From assembly GCA_963771075.1 (NCBI GenBank), contig CAVYSE010000028.1, positions 352,001 to 416,000 on the forward strand: a stretch of DNA of 64,000 bases. The letters run 5' to 3'. Position 1 is the first letter of the stretch. Every line of letters starts with the position of its first letter. The notes beneath the pieces are model-generated. The model had not been told where the DNA came from and searched no databases. It worked only from the letters and a program-made list of their open reading frames with translations. This stretch comes from a candidate division FCPU426 bacterium. Its GTDB lineage: Bacteria > Oederibacteriota > Muellerivitia > Muellerivitales > Muellerivitaceae. Shown here in pieces: positions 30,148 to 42,367 of the stretch. The position numbers and the translations under genes are program-made.

Positions 30148-32247
30148 ATGCCCAAACATCAAGTGGTTCCCTTGCCCTCGGATCATCTCGACCAGCTGCC
30201 GCTCTTGGGCCATGATTTAAAAACGGCCTTGAGCTACGCTTCTTTTTATTCCGTCGAGAGTCCGTTCGTCTCGCAGTCCATCCAAAAATTCCACAAATCC
30301 CTGACGCGGTTGATCGAAAAGATCGGTCCCCTTTTCATTTGGCGCAGGGATTCGAAACTTTATTTGAACGGCACCGAATGGACCGACATGTTCGATTTCA
30401 CGGAGACCCTGGAGAACAAGGGTATGGACGGGATCGAAGTCCAGGCCCACCTCTCGGTGGGGGAACTGACCCTCTGGCTGAAATGGGCCACCTTTCCGGT
30501 GGCGAAACCCAACCCGGAGTTGAGGGCCCATTGCCCCCATTTGCGCTTCCTGGATAAGGAAGAAACTGAGACCTTTGAGTTGCCTTCCCCGTCCCTCGGG
30601 GAAGAGGTTCTGGTGGACGATTCCCCCGAGGTTCCGGAATCCGTGGTCCCCTCAGCGGCTGAAAAGACTCCGGGAACGAAAGCGGCCCAGGCGGGGAAGA
30701 AACCCGAACCATCTCGCCCGGCACTTGGAACACCCAAGGAATTAAATACTCCCCTACCACAAGAAACTCCGGCCCGGGAAACCCTTTTAAGTTTCCTGGC
30801 GGAGGCATGGCAACACGCCCAGCTCCAACGCCGATTGGTGGGAACCAGCGCGGAATCGGCGACCCTGACCCAATCCTTTGAGAAACTTTTCGGCAGGCTC
30901 TTGGACCGCATCGAAAATAACGGGCCCGAGTTCGAGCATATCGCTCGGTGGTTCAAGGCCAACGAAGGCGACCTGATGGACAGGAACTCCTCGGAAGCTA
31001 TGGTTCCGCTGATGGAAACGGCGGTTGAACATGACTGGACCTCCGTTCTCTTTGATCCCTCCACAGCGGGCTTGGTGAACGACTGCCTGGCCCATTGGGG
31101 AGCCACCGGCAAATCCGGTCTGGTTGAGAAAACCGTAACACGCCTGGCGGAGGGCCTGACCGGAGACCGCTATGAGCGGGAACTGGCCCTGACCCATTTG
31201 ATGGACGCTCGCCCCTGGGTGCACCGCCGTGAGCTGGTGGATAGGGTGCTGGAGAATCTCAACCTTCTGTTGGCCAACGAGACCTCCCCTTCCCTCTATC
31301 AAAGCGGCTTACTCCTGGCGTGGGACCTGGTGGAGCCGGCCCTCCAAACCACCAACGAGTCGCACGTGCTGAACCTCCTGGCAACCCTTCATTTCCACGC
31401 CGATGAGGACAACTCCGCCTTTCCCGACCGCAACCGAATCGCCCGCCATTGGCTCTTTGAGCGGTCCAACGCCGAGCTCGTGAGGAAGCTGGCGGGCTGC
31501 GCTTTCCATGCCGGACAATTGAGGCACTTTCCGCTTTTGGGGGAAATGGCCGCTCCCCTGCTCCTGCAGGATTTTGTCCAAGCCCCGCCAGAGGAAAAGC
31601 CCAACCTGATTCCGATCCTCTCCGAATTGCGTGAGCCGGTCCAATCCGTTTTGGCCGAGCAATTGGCGGAAATGAATGAGGAAGAGGAAGTAAAATCCCT
31701 TTTCCCCCTTCTACGCGTCTCGGGTTTCGACCCCTCCCTGGGCCTTCTCTTGGCGGGTTGGCTCTCCCGGGGAAGCCATGACCTCAAGTTGAGGTTGCTG
31801 GCCCTGATCGAGGAATTGAAAGACCCCATTTCCGGGTTGGCCCTCCGCCTGGCTTTGTTCGACGATTCGGAGGAAATCGCGGCGCGGGCGGCACGGGTAG
31901 CGGGACGGATCGGCTACCAGGCGGCGCTTCCGGTGCTGTTCAAGGCGGCTAAGCTTCGGGAAGGGCGCTTCCCCAACAACGATCAATACTTGATCGCGGT
32001 CTGCCAGGCCCTGGGTGAACTCCGGGCCCCCGATAGCTTGAACTTGTTGGAGGATTTCGCGCGGAAAAAACCCCTTCTCCGGGGCAAGAATTATTCCCTG
32101 AAGGTGCGTTTGGCGGCTATCGACGCCCTGATCCGGCTCCAGAAACCCGAGGCTTGGGAATTCGTGGAAACGCTGATGGAGGAAAAAAACCCGGCCCTTC
32201 AGGAAGCCTTGGAGATGCTGATCCAAGAGCAGACGCCGAACATTTGA
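30148..32247 (+). CDS. HEAT-repeat domain protein
   Basis: 699 aa, helical; C-terminal HEAT-like units (ALFDDSEEIAARAARVAGRIG, AVCQALGEL, VRLAAIDAL). Confidence 0.75.
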   Translation: MPKHQVVPLPSDHLDQLPLLGHDLKTALSYASFYSVESPFVSQSIQKFHKSLTRLIEKIGPLFIWRRDSKLYLNGTEWTDMFDFTETLENKGMDGIEVQAHLSVGELTLWLKWATFPVAKPNPELRAHCPHLRFLDKEETETFELPSPSLGEEVLVDDSPEVPESVVPSAAEKTPGTKAAQAGKKPEPSRPALGTPKELNTPLPQETPARETLLSFLAEAWQHAQLQRRLVGTSAESATLTQSFEKLFGRLLDRIENNGPEFEHIARWFKANEGDLMDRNSSEAMVPLMETAVEHDWTSVLFDPSTAGLVNDCLAHWGATGKSGLVEKTVTRLAEGLTGDRYERELALTHLMDARPWVHRRELVDRVLENLNLLLANETSPSLYQSGLLLAWDLVEPALQTTNESHVLNLLATLHFHADEDNSAFPDRNRIARHWLFERSNAELVRKLAGCAFHAGQLRHFPLLGEMAAPLLLQDFVQAPPEEKPNLIPILSELREPVQSVLAEQLAEMNEEEEVKSLFPLLRVSGFDPSLGLLLAGWLSRGSHDLKLRLLALIEELKDPISGLALRLALFDDSEEIAARAARVAGRIGYQAALPVLFKAAKLREGRFPNNDQYLIAVCQALGELRAPDSLNLLEDFARKKPLLRGKNYSLKVRLAAIDALIRLQKPEAWEFVETLMEEKNPALQEALEMLIQEQTPNI

Positions 32248-32274
32248 TTATTTTATAAAAAGCGGTGTCAACCC

Positions 32275-33288
32275 TCAAAACAGTGAGAGTTGATCCTGGG
32301 AAATAAAGGACGATTTCCGACGCCTGGCTTTCAGGACCGCCTCTCCAAAAACGGGAGTGGCGTTCGGGGAGGGTAAGCTAGCGGCCGCTTCCGATGCCAC
32401 GGCGGGCGGCAACTCCCGCACCAGGGGGGAAGCCGGTGTATCGGAGGCATTCCCTTCTTTTTGGCGCCTTTTGTTCTCCACGAAAGCCTGCCCGTCCGCG
32501 CAAAGGGTCAGATATTCGCACCATCCGCAAAGAGCGCTGGTCTTGGTCGGATAATCCTGGGTCTTCTCGATGGTTTTGATCTTGCTGATGTATTTTTGCT
32601 TGAGCCATTCGATTTCCTTGGCATTGCGCTCCCCCACCACCTGGTCCTTCTCGAAGGCCACGAAATGCCAGATGTGCTTGATCTTTTCCTTCGTCCCGTA
32701 GCGGGGATGCTGGATTAGGCCGATCTGGTAGAGGGCCAATTGGTCCTCGTTCTTCACGTCTTCCTCGCTCATTTTCCGGGAGCTGGTCTTGTAGTCGTGG
32801 ATCCAAAGCACATTATCCTCGTCCCGGCCCAGCCGGTCGATAAAACCCTGCATGCGGTATTGTTTTTGGGTATCCAGGTCAAAGGTGACCTTCATCTCGA
32901 TGGCTTCCGTCTTGTCCTGGTCGAAGGGATGGTATTGGTGGTAATAATTTTCCAGGTAGAGCTGGCCCTTTTGGAAGTAATCCTCCATCGTTTCCCCGGG
33001 ACGGACGATCCTTAGGGGGCTTTCGAAGTTTTTTTGTTTTTGTTTCTCGATGGCCGCCCGATATTCGTTTTGCCAGTGTTGCTTGAAGTAATCCATCAGC
33101 TCATTGACCGTGGGCACCCGCTCGGGGATCTGGTGATAGAGGTATTCCATGGTTTCGTGGAACCGGGAACCCAAAAACAGTTCCACCCCCTCCGAGACCG
33201 GGGAGGGCAGCTTGAGGATGTAGCGGTATTGGAATTGCGCGGGGCAGGTAAAGTAAGTGTTGATGCGGGAATAGGAATAAACCGTCAT
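32275..33288 (-). CDS. RecB/Cas4-like PD-(D/E)XK nuclease
   Basis: SYSRINTYFTCP, GSRFHE, GFIDRL...HDYKTS, QLALY, CGWCEYLTLC. Confidence 0.9.
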   Translation of the reverse strand: MTVYSYSRINTYFTCPAQFQYRYILKLPSPVSEGVELFLGSRFHETMEYLYHQIPERVPTVNELMDYFKQHWQNEYRAAIEKQKQKNFESPLRIVRPGETMEDYFQKGQLYLENYYHQYHPFDQDKTEAIEMKVTFDLDTQKQYRMQGFIDRLGRDEDNVLWIHDYKTSSRKMSEEDVKNEDQLALYQIGLIQHPRYGTKEKIKHIWHFVAFEKDQVVGERNAKEIEWLKQKYISKIKTIEKTQDYPTKTSALCGWCEYLTLCADGQAFVENKRRQKEGNASDTPASPLVRELPPAVASEAAASLPSPNATPVFGEAVLKARRRKSSFISQDQLSLF

Positions 33289-33343
33289 GACCGGATTATA
33301 ACGGTCCAATCCCAAATTGTCGAACGCCGAACTTTTCGAATGC

Positions 33344-33826
33344 CTAATTCAGGCGATGGACCAGGTGGCAGATCCCATCGGTGAGATACAATTCCAGCCG
33401 AGCCTTCCGGTCCTGCCAAACATAGGTCCTTCCTCCCCATCTTTGTTGGAAGCCCGGATTGCCCAGTTTCTGGGTCCACAGGGCCAACAGCTCCTTTTCC
33501 TTGGAGTCGGTCATGCTGGAATGGAACCGCCACTCGATCCGAACAAGGGTTTTAGTCTTCACGTTGAAAAAGAAATAAAATCCCATGACCGAGGGGTCCC
33601 GGCTCACCCCGCGGTAAACCAGTTCCGACTCGTTGCTCATGGTTTGATCCAGCTGAAGGGGTTTGGTGGAAAAGAGAAACCAGTCGGTCTTGACATCATC
33701 AAGCCGGGCGCAAAGGGTCAAGTCCTCGGCCACCTGTAATTTCGAAAGACCCCGATCCTGCAGGCTGCAGGCTGAAACCAGCAATAGGACCCCAAAGATC
33801 CCATACCAGCGTAATAAGGAAAGCAT
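33344..33826 (-). CDS. Hypothetical lipoprotein
   Basis: Signal with LVSAC lipobox; family not recognised. Confidence 0.65.
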   Translation of the reverse strand: MLSLLRWYGIFGVLLLVSACSLQDRGLSKLQVAEDLTLCARLDDVKTDWFLFSTKPLQLDQTMSNESELVYRGVSRDPSVMGFYFFFNVKTKTLVRIEWRFHSSMTDSKEKELLALWTQKLGNPGFQQRWGGRTYVWQDRKARLELYLTDGICHLVHRLN

Positions 33827-33928
33827 GGACGACCCCCGCCCCCTAGCATAAATCCAACAAGGCTTTTTTTCTAATCACGCCTTTGTTAAAGTCGGGAATC
33901 CTTTCATATCCTTTATCCGGAGCCTTTC

Positions 33929-35665
33929 ATGCCCCTGCTGAATCCCGCCTCCCTGCCACACGATTTTCCGCGTGTTTTCGTCCCTCCCCAAGCGGATTTG
34001 GGGGATTGGCTCACAGTGGAAAAACTATTCGCCTCGCTGGAACATCGGCCCCTTTCCTCCCGACAAGACCTAGAACGCTGGATGAAGGATCTGGGGGAAT
34101 TCGAGGATACACTGGATGAAGAAGGTTCCCTACGCTATATCCGCATGACCTGCGCCACGGACGACCCCCAGACCGAGCAGGCCTACCTGGACTTTCTCCA
34201 GAATGTTTCCGAACCCAGCAAATCCAGGTTTTTTGCCTTGCTCAAGAAATATTGGGAGTGCCCCTACCGCGCCAAGTTGCCTCCGGAAAATTTCAAGCTT
34301 TTTGACCGTTCGGTCGAGAACCAGCTTGCCCTCTACCGCGAGGAGAATATCCCGCTGGAAACCGAGGTGGAGAAGCTTTCCCAGCAATACCAAAAACTAA
34401 GCGGCACCCTGACAGTGAATTATGAGGGAAAGGAGCAGACCCTCCAGCAAATGGGGCGCTACCAGGAAACGACGGACCGGGCCAAACGGGAGGAAACCTG
34501 GCGCCTGACCGCTGAAAGGCGCTTGAAGGAGAAAGACGCCTTCGAGGAACTCTTCGACCAGATGCTTCGAGCGAGGATAAGGATCGGCCAGAACGCCGGT
34601 TTCGGCAATTACCGCGATTACGCATTCCGTCGGAAGGAACGGTTCGACTATTCGCCCGCCGATTGCGAGGCTTTCCACGAGAGCGCCGAAAAGGCCATCA
34701 AGCCGTTGGTGCACAAAATCCAGCGTAAACGGGCCGAAAAGATGGGGTTGGATCAGCTAAGGCCGTGGGACCTTTCCGTTGATCCGGAAGGCAAGCCGCC
34801 CCTCAAACCCTTCGAGAAGATGGAAACGCTCGCCGAATCGTGTGAAAGAATCCTCAGACAGGTGGATCCCGAATTTGGGGACCAGTTCAAGACCATGCGC
34901 GACCTAGGCCTGCTGGACCTGGAATCACGCAAGGGCAAGGCCCCCGGCGGATACAACACCACCCTTTCCGAGTCCCGACTTCCCTTTATCTTCATGAACG
35001 CGGTGGGGATGGACAATGACGTGCGAACCCTTCTGCATGAGGGAGGGCACGCCATGCATGGTTACGCCTCCCGCATGATCCTCTTCTCACCCTACCGCCA
35101 CGCGCCCATGGAATTCTGCGAGGTGGCCTCCATGAGTATGGAATTGATGGCGGACCCCTTCCTGGGAGAGGTCTACCCCGACCCGAGGGACGCGGCACGG
35201 TCCATCCGCCGCCATTTGGAGGACGTCATCCTCCTCTTGCCTTGGATCGCCACCATCGATGCCTTCCAGCACTGGATCTACACCCATCCGGGACACGGCC
35301 GGGAAGAAAGGTCCGCCTTTTGGGTTTCCATACGTCGAAGGCTGGGCGGGATGGAGAATTGGACCGGACTGGAGGAGATCCAGTCTTCCCTCTGGCACCG
35401 CCAGCTGCATATCTTTGAGTATCCCTTCTATTACATCGAATACGGCATCGCCCAGTTGGGAGCGCTCCAGGTCTGGAAGAATTTCAGGAAGGACCGGAAA
35501 GAGGGGGTCCGTCTTTATAAACAGGGCCTGGCGGTGGGAGGCAGCCAAACCTTACCCGAGATATTCAATTCCGCCGGGATCCGCTTCGATTTCAGTTCGA
35601 GGATGATCCAACCATTGATGGAAGAAGTAGAACAGGAACTGGAGCGGTTGGAAAAGGTTAATTGA
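33929..35665 (+). CDS. M3 family oligoendopeptidase (PepF-like)
   Basis: SRKGKAPGGY, TLLHEGGHAMH, EVASMSMEL, YYIEYGIAQLGA. Confidence 0.95.
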   Translation: MPLLNPASLPHDFPRVFVPPQADLGDWLTVEKLFASLEHRPLSSRQDLERWMKDLGEFEDTLDEEGSLRYIRMTCATDDPQTEQAYLDFLQNVSEPSKSRFFALLKKYWECPYRAKLPPENFKLFDRSVENQLALYREENIPLETEVEKLSQQYQKLSGTLTVNYEGKEQTLQQMGRYQETTDRAKREETWRLTAERRLKEKDAFEELFDQMLRARIRIGQNAGFGNYRDYAFRRKERFDYSPADCEAFHESAEKAIKPLVHKIQRKRAEKMGLDQLRPWDLSVDPEGKPPLKPFEKMETLAESCERILRQVDPEFGDQFKTMRDLGLLDLESRKGKAPGGYNTTLSESRLPFIFMNAVGMDNDVRTLLHEGGHAMHGYASRMILFSPYRHAPMEFCEVASMSMELMADPFLGEVYPDPRDAARSIRRHLEDVILLLPWIATIDAFQHWIYTHPGHGREERSAFWVSIRRRLGGMENWTGLEEIQSSLWHRQLHIFEYPFYYIEYGIAQLGALQVWKNFRKDRKEGVRLYKQGLAVGGSQTLPEIFNSAGIRFDFSSRMIQPLMEEVEQELERLEKVN

Positions 35666-36410
35666 ATTTCCAGGAGAGGTTCAGTTGACCAGGACCCGCC
35701 GAGAGTGAAACATCCTTGGGGGCGTAGACCACCGCGTTGCCGATGAGGATGCCGAAAGTCGCGCCCGCGAATACATCGGAAAGGTAATGATAGTAGCCTT
35801 CCACCCGGGCCAAGCCCTCCAGGGTCCCCAAGAGATAGGCCGTGGCGCCCGCTTCCCATCCCCAATATTTCGTGACTACCGGCGCGAAACAAAAGGACGT
35901 GATGGAATGGCCCGATGGAAAAGAATAGGTGTTCCCCCCGCTGGGGCGCACCCTCTGGATGGTATATTTGAATCCTGCGGCAACCACCGCGTCCAAAGCC
36001 AAGGCTTCCATGGTGTCCCTTCCGAATTCCTGTAGCCTTAAATCGTCAGTCAAGGCTCCCAAACCCCACCCCCCCAAGCCCAAGCCCCCCTCGACCCAGC
36101 CCTCCCCGTAAAAATCGCCGAAATCAAAGAGGGGCTGGATATTCCAGTTTTGGAGGTCCGAGGCCAGGCTATTTTGGCCGTCCAGGGTGGCCCAGTCCAC
36201 GGCAGTGGCCACGCTGCCGACGGCAAGGGGGGCTATGTTTTCGGTGATAAAGAAATGGGGAAGATCATCGAGAATTTTGGAGGGAAAATGAACCAGACTC
36301 ACATCGGAATCAGGGGAAAGGGAATTTTCATCCGCCAGGGCTATTCCCCCGCTTAAACATTCCGCGAACAGGATGAGGATAAAAATGAATCGAACAAGGC
36401 CTTTTAACAA
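35658..36410 (-). CDS. PAP2 family phosphatase
   Basis: KYTIQRVRP, SFPSGH, ARV...HYLSDVFAGA. Confidence 0.9.
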   Translation of the reverse strand: MLKGLVRFIFILILFAECLSGGIALADENSLSPDSDVSLVHFPSKILDDLPHFFITENIAPLAVGSVATAVDWATLDGQNSLASDLQNWNIQPLFDFGDFYGEGWVEGGLGLGGWGLGALTDDLRLQEFGRDTMEALALDAVVAAGFKYTIQRVRPSGGNTYSFPSGHSITSFCFAPVVTKYWGWEAGATAYLLGTLEGLARVEGYYHYLSDVFAGATFGILIGNAVVYAPKDVSLSAGPGQLNLSWKFN

Positions 36411-36904
36411 ACCTCTTCTTCCGTCTCATCTTCTTGGGGGTACTTGTCGTACAACCAGACACCGACCAGGATACCGCCAACGGTAGCGATGGCCATCAGT
36501 TTTCCCTCGCCGATCTGGGTCAGGGCCGTTCCGGGGCAGGCCCCCGAGAGCGCCCAACCCACCCCAAAAAGCAACGCGCCGAAAATCCGGCCGGGGGTGA
36601 ACTTCAAGGGCTTCCAATCCAGGGGTTTTCCCTGAATGGTGGGTTTCTTGATCCATTGGAACAACAGCAATCCGAGGGCCACAACGAATATGGCCATTCC
36701 GATCACACCCCACAATTGCGGGCTTTTGAACCGGAACATGTCCATCATGGCGTCGAAATCGGTGGCTTGGGACTTGGAGAGAAAATAGCCGAACAGGAGC
36801 CCGAATCCTCCCAAGATGAGGGGATTGGACCCGGATTGGGAGGAGGCGGAAGTTTTCTTGCGGGCTGGTCTTTTCAGCGTGGATAAGTTCTTACGGATAG
36901 CCAT
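36404..36904 (-). CDS. YeeE/YedE family (sulfur-compound transporter) half-protein
   Basis: GLLFG, GALLFGVGWALSGACPG. Confidence 0.85.
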   Translation of the reverse strand: MAIRKNLSTLKRPARKKTSASSQSGSNPLILGGFGLLFGYFLSKSQATDFDAMMDMFRFKSPQLWGVIGMAIFVVALGLLLFQWIKKPTIQGKPLDWKPLKFTPGRIFGALLFGVGWALSGACPGTALTQIGEGKLMAIATVGGILVGVWLYDKYPQEDETEEEVC

Positions 36905-36905
36905 A

Positions 36906-37385
36906 TTAATTCACCCCAAAAAATTTAAAGATCAGGTGGGCCGTCAGGATGCCCGCCGTCAAAAACCCCAAGGTCGCCAAAATCGACATTTTGCTTCCCA
37001 TGGGAATACCCATGATGCTGTTGCCGCTCACGCAGCCCCCCGCCCAACGGGCTCCGTAACCCACCAAAAGACCGCCGATAAAGAGCCAAATAAAGGTTGG
37101 GAAAAAACCGCCCATGGTTAAGGAGTCCAATTGGCCAAAGAGGAAGGTCCAGGACCAATGGCCGATGGTGGCCAGGGCACCTCCCAAAGGAAGACCCAAT
37201 ATGAAAAAGAATTTCCAACCCGGTTTGGATTTTTCCCTGGTGACCAGGGAGCAGGCGTCCATCACCCCCCCTGTCACGCCCAATTTCTTTCCCATGAACC
37301 AGGCCAACCCCAGGGCGGTCAAACCAATGCCCAAACCTCCAGCCCACCAGGACCAGGTTTGAAAAAATAGAACCCTTGAAAGCAT
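36906..37385 (-). CDS. YeeE/YedE family half-protein
   Basis: WWAGGLGIG, LGVTG, GGLLVGYGARWAGGCVSG. Confidence 0.87.
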   Translation of the reverse strand: MLSRVLFFQTWSWWAGGLGIGLTALGLAWFMGKKLGVTGGVMDACSLVTREKSKPGWKFFFILGLPLGGALATIGHWSWTFLFGQLDSLTMGGFFPTFIWLFIGGLLVGYGARWAGGCVSGNSIMGIPMGSKMSILATLGFLTAGILTAHLIFKFFGVN

Positions 37386-37511
37386 CGGAACCTCCCTTAT
37401 CGTTTTGACGCCGCCTATTGTAACTTAGCGTTTTTTTAGAACTTCAAAAAAAGTCATAGGCCATGTAACTGGTCAACTAATTTGGTGGCGGTTGAAACCT
37501 CTTTGTGTCCC

Positions 37512-38426
37512 TTAATAGGCCTCAAAATGACCGAATTTTCGTCCGGTCAGCCGTTCAAAGGCTTCCACATATTTCTCGCGCGTTTTTTGCACGATTTCCT
37601 CCGGTAATGGGGGCCCGGGAGGAGTCTTGTTCCAATCCTTCAGCGTTTCAAGGTAATCCCGGACGAATTGCTTGTCATAGCTTTTTTGAACGACCCCTTC
37701 CCGATAGTCCGCCTTGGGCCAGAACCGGGACGAATCGGGGGTCATGACCTCATCAATCAGGATTAATTTACCATCCAATAGGCCAAACTCAAACTTCGTG
37801 TCCGCAATGATGATGCCCTTGGCGTCGGCGAGATCCCGGCCCTTCTTGTAAATGGAAAGGCTGGCTTCCTTTACCTTTTCGGCAAGGGGCGAATCTTTCA
37901 GGATGCTTTTCATTTCCTCGAAGGAGATGTTGAGGTCGTGGCCCTGTTCGGCCTTCGTGGAGGGGGTGAAGATGGGCTCGGCGATTCGGGAGGATTCCAT
38001 CAGCCCTTTGGGAAGTTCAATACCGCAAACCTTACCGGTTTTTTGGTATTCCTTCAAACCCGAACCCGTTAAATAACCCCGAACGATGCATTCGGCCGGA
38101 AGGGGCGAGGCTTTTTTCACGATCATGGAACGGTGGACTAATTGGTCCTGCGCCTTACGGAAAGGTTCGGGAAGGGTGGAGATATCGGTTGAGATCACGT
38201 GATTGGGCAGGATTCCCTCGACCTGCTTGAACCAATAAAGGGATATTTGATTCAAGACCACGCCCTTATCGGGAATGCCGTTGGGCATGATGACATCAAA
38301 CGCCGAAATGCGGTCCGTCACCACGATCAGGAGCTTATCGCCCAGATCATAAATATCCCTCACCTTGCCGCGTTTGGGAGCGGGCGCGCCGGGGATGTTT
38401 GTCTGAAGAACGGGATTTTTACTCAT
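37512..38426 (-). CDS. purC: SAICAR synthase
   Basis: [54 protein letters not shown]. Confidence 0.97.
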   Translation of the reverse strand: MSKNPVLQTNIPGAPAPKRGKVRDIYDLGDKLLIVVTDRISAFDVIMPNGIPDKGVVLNQISLYWFKQVEGILPNHVISTDISTLPEPFRKAQDQLVHRSMIVKKASPLPAECIVRGYLTGSGLKEYQKTGKVCGIELPKGLMESSRIAEPIFTPSTKAEQGHDLNISFEEMKSILKDSPLAEKVKEASLSIYKKGRDLADAKGIIIADTKFEFGLLDGKLILIDEVMTPDSSRFWPKADYREGVVQKSYDKQFVRDYLETLKDWNKTPPGPPLPEEIVQKTREKYVEAFERLTGRKFGHFEAY

Positions 38427-38446
38427 CTATTTTCCATTTCCCCCCA

Positions 38447-39708
<1,262 letters not shown>

Positions 39709-39779
39709 TGGGTTCCTTTGGTTAACCTAAAATCGACAATATATTAGATGAAATAAGCCCCAAAAACACCGACTTTTTA

Positions 39780-40920
39780 TTATAACCCCGCTGCGGCGTG
39801 GGGTAGGCGCCCGGGAGCGAAAGGCTCGAGCGATAAATCGGTTTTTTCGTTGTTAAGCGCCTGGGCCATCAAGCGGCCTGTCACAGCTGATTGTAATAGC
39901 CCATGGGTAAAGTGCCCTGTCGCCAACCAGGCCCCCTCCGTTCCCGGAAGCCGGCCAAGATAGGGCCAACCGTCCACCGAACCCGTCCTTAATCCCGACC
40001 AACAGCGTTCGATTTTTTCGGGCCCTAAGTGGGGGTAAAACCGTTGGGCCCCATTTTTTAATTTTTCCATCCCCTCGGGCGTATTGATTTTCTCAAATCC
40101 GGCTTCTTCCAATGTGCTTCCCAAAAATAGACGGCCATCCCGCCGGGGAACCATATAGACAAAGGCTTTCCCAATGCCGGTAAAAAGGATATGCCTTGCC
40201 TTTCCGGGTTCATCCTGGAATAAAACCGCTTGCCCCCGGATGGGTTGGGTCGGAGTGGAAAATCCAAGCCGCTCGCAAAGCGATGCCGTCCAGGGGCCCG
40301 CGGTCAGCACCACTTGATCGGCTTCCACATCTTCGCCGGGTTGTTCTTACCCCGACGACCTTTCTTCCATGGAGAATAAAATCCTCCACCGGTTCCTGAT
40401 CCCTCAAGATCGCACCGTTTTTTCCAAGAAAAGCCAGAAGCGCTTGGCCTAAACGGGGGGGCAAAATCTGGCTTGTTCCTTCCACGAAAAAAGCCGATTG
40501 TAAATCGCCCGAAAGACCCGGCTCCCGGCTCAATACCTCTCGGGGGGAAAGCCATTGGCCCTTTACGCCGAAGCCCTCCATCGCCTTTTCCATGAATCGG
40601 ATGGAAGCTTCTTCCTCGCCACCAAAAGCCAGGTCCAAACTGCCGGATCGTATAAATTCCGGGTCTATCCCTGTGTCCTTCCTTAATTTCTCGCACCAGC
40701 TTGGGAAAAGATCGAAGGAACTTTTGCAAAAGTGGAAAAAATCCGCGTCCACCCTGGAAGCGCTGCGCAGGTCCAGAAAACCCGCTCCTGCCCAGGAAGC
40801 CTCGCGGTAGAAATGGGACTTTTCCAGCAAGATCGGTTGAATTCCCAACTCCAACAAGCGATAGGCGATGGAAAGTCCGATTACCCCGCCCCCCACAATC
40901 ACGATCCTATTGGATATCAT
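39780..40920 (-). CDS. thiO: Glycine oxidase ThiO-like FAD oxidoreductase (frameshift near 40330)
   Basis: GGGVIGLSIA, EASWAGAG, PIRGQ, YMVPRRDG, WSGLR, ATGHFTHG. Confidence 0.8.
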
Positions 40921-41045
40921 CTTGTTCGCCTTCTGAATACCAGGGAAGAAGTCATGGTTTTCACTCGGAATATCAAAAAATTACGCCAATATGCAAAAAA
41001 GCCTTCTCCGCCAAGGAGAAGGCTTTTTAAACCAAGACAACGCTT

Positions 41046-41762
41046 TTATTTACCGGAAGGCATCGGAAGTTCGGGAGTCACCACAGGCGTTACGACAGCG
41101 GTCGTAACCGCGGAAACAACCGGTGTATTCACGGCATCCAGGGGAGGAATCGCGACGGAAGCATCCGACGCGGGAGGAAGAGTGGTCGATGGGGAGGTCG
41201 ATGACGTCATGTTAGCCGTGGCCGCACCCGGAGCCGGTACAAAAGCATAGGGTCGGAGTGCCAAAAAATACCAACGGTTATCCCTAAGGGCTAAAGCAGC
41301 GTAAATATGGAATGAACGGTTGGCCGCATCCGTTCCGTCCGCATTTTTCAATCCGGAGATGGTCGCGGTACAATCCACCAGGGCAAAGTTAAGGATAAAG
41401 CGGAATTTAAAATCATCGAACGTTTGGGTGGAACCTTTCATCATTTGTACGTCCGCTCCCACCAGCTTTTCAATATCCCCCCGATTCCAAGCATCCTGCC
41501 CGAATGGGTTGATCAGAGAACCATCCTTGACCCAAAAGGCGGCCAATGGCTTCGGGTCCCCGGCGGTCCAAGCTTGGGAAAAATCCGTGAATGTTTTTTT
41601 AATTCCCGCTTCGTCGTTCGTGGACTTTGCATTCGCTTTGACCGATTTCGAAGCGGAAGCCTTAGGTTCCGATACACCCTGTTGCGCCATGGACAGGTTC
41701 AAAGGCACCATTAACAGGAAAGAAAATAAAACTAAAAACTTGTTCATGGACGACTCCTTCAA
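41046..41762 (-). CDS. Exported NTF2-like (SgcJ/EcaC, DUF4440) protein with S/T/P-rich tail
   Basis: Signal peptide; DEAGIK...AWTAGD...AAFW..DG.LINPFG. Confidence 0.7.
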   Translation of the reverse strand: MKESSMNKFLVLFSFLLMVPLNLSMAQQGVSEPKASASKSVKANAKSTNDEAGIKKTFTDFSQAWTAGDPKPLAAFWVKDGSLINPFGQDAWNRGDIEKLVGADVQMMKGSTQTFDDFKFRFILNFALVDCTATISGLKNADGTDAANRSFHIYAALALRDNRWYFLALRPYAFVPAPGAATANMTSSTSPSTTLPPASDASVAIPPLDAVNTPVVSAVTTAVVTPVVTPELPMPSGK

Positions 41763-41985
41763 TTCATTTTTAATAGGCCCGAGTGGATGAATAATGGCCC
41801 GAAGAAGGCGTCATTATGCCCAGGCCCCGGAAAAAGGGTCAATCAATGGCAACAAAACCAAACAAAAAATTACATGTTGGTATAAAAAAGCGCTTACAAG
41901 GTAAACGATTTTCCTTAACATATTCACAAACAAGGTTTAACATTAAACTTAGGTAGAACTCTAAATCTAGTCAATCAGGTTCTTT

Positions 41986-42270
41986 ATGGAACAGCCCATG
42001 CGCATCCATGAAATGCTTGATTCCTGTCTGACCACAGAAATCCTTTCAACGATCGATTCTTCCCTTTACCGCTGGTTCGACCTATTGAGAACCGACGAAT
42101 CCAAATTTTTGCGCCACCGGAAAATACAGATTGAGTTACTTGAAAAAATTGGGAACCAATTGGAAAAAGATTTGAAGGGCCCTCTACAGGGACAAGATCT
42201 TATCGAGGTAGGGCGAAGGGTCGATGATTTCCTCAGAGGCAAGGGTTACCACATAAAATCTTTCTTATAA
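41986..42270 (+). CDS. Hypothetical protein
   Basis: 94-aa ORF filling an intergenic gap; no motif recognised. Confidence 0.5.
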   Translation: MEQPMRIHEMLDSCLTTEILSTIDSSLYRWFDLLRTDESKFLRHRKIQIELLEKIGNQLEKDLKGPLQGQDLIEVGRRVDDFLRGKGYHIKSFL

Positions 42271-42367
42271 TTCGCCGGATGTTTCTATCGTTGAACGCTT
42301 CCCAGCCGAACCCTTTCTAAAAAAGAAAAGGCCTAAATGATCGGGGTTCATATTTTTTTTGAAATGA

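Noticed and set aside
32275..33288. CRISPR-associated cas4
   Set aside because: No cas1/cas2 or array in the window
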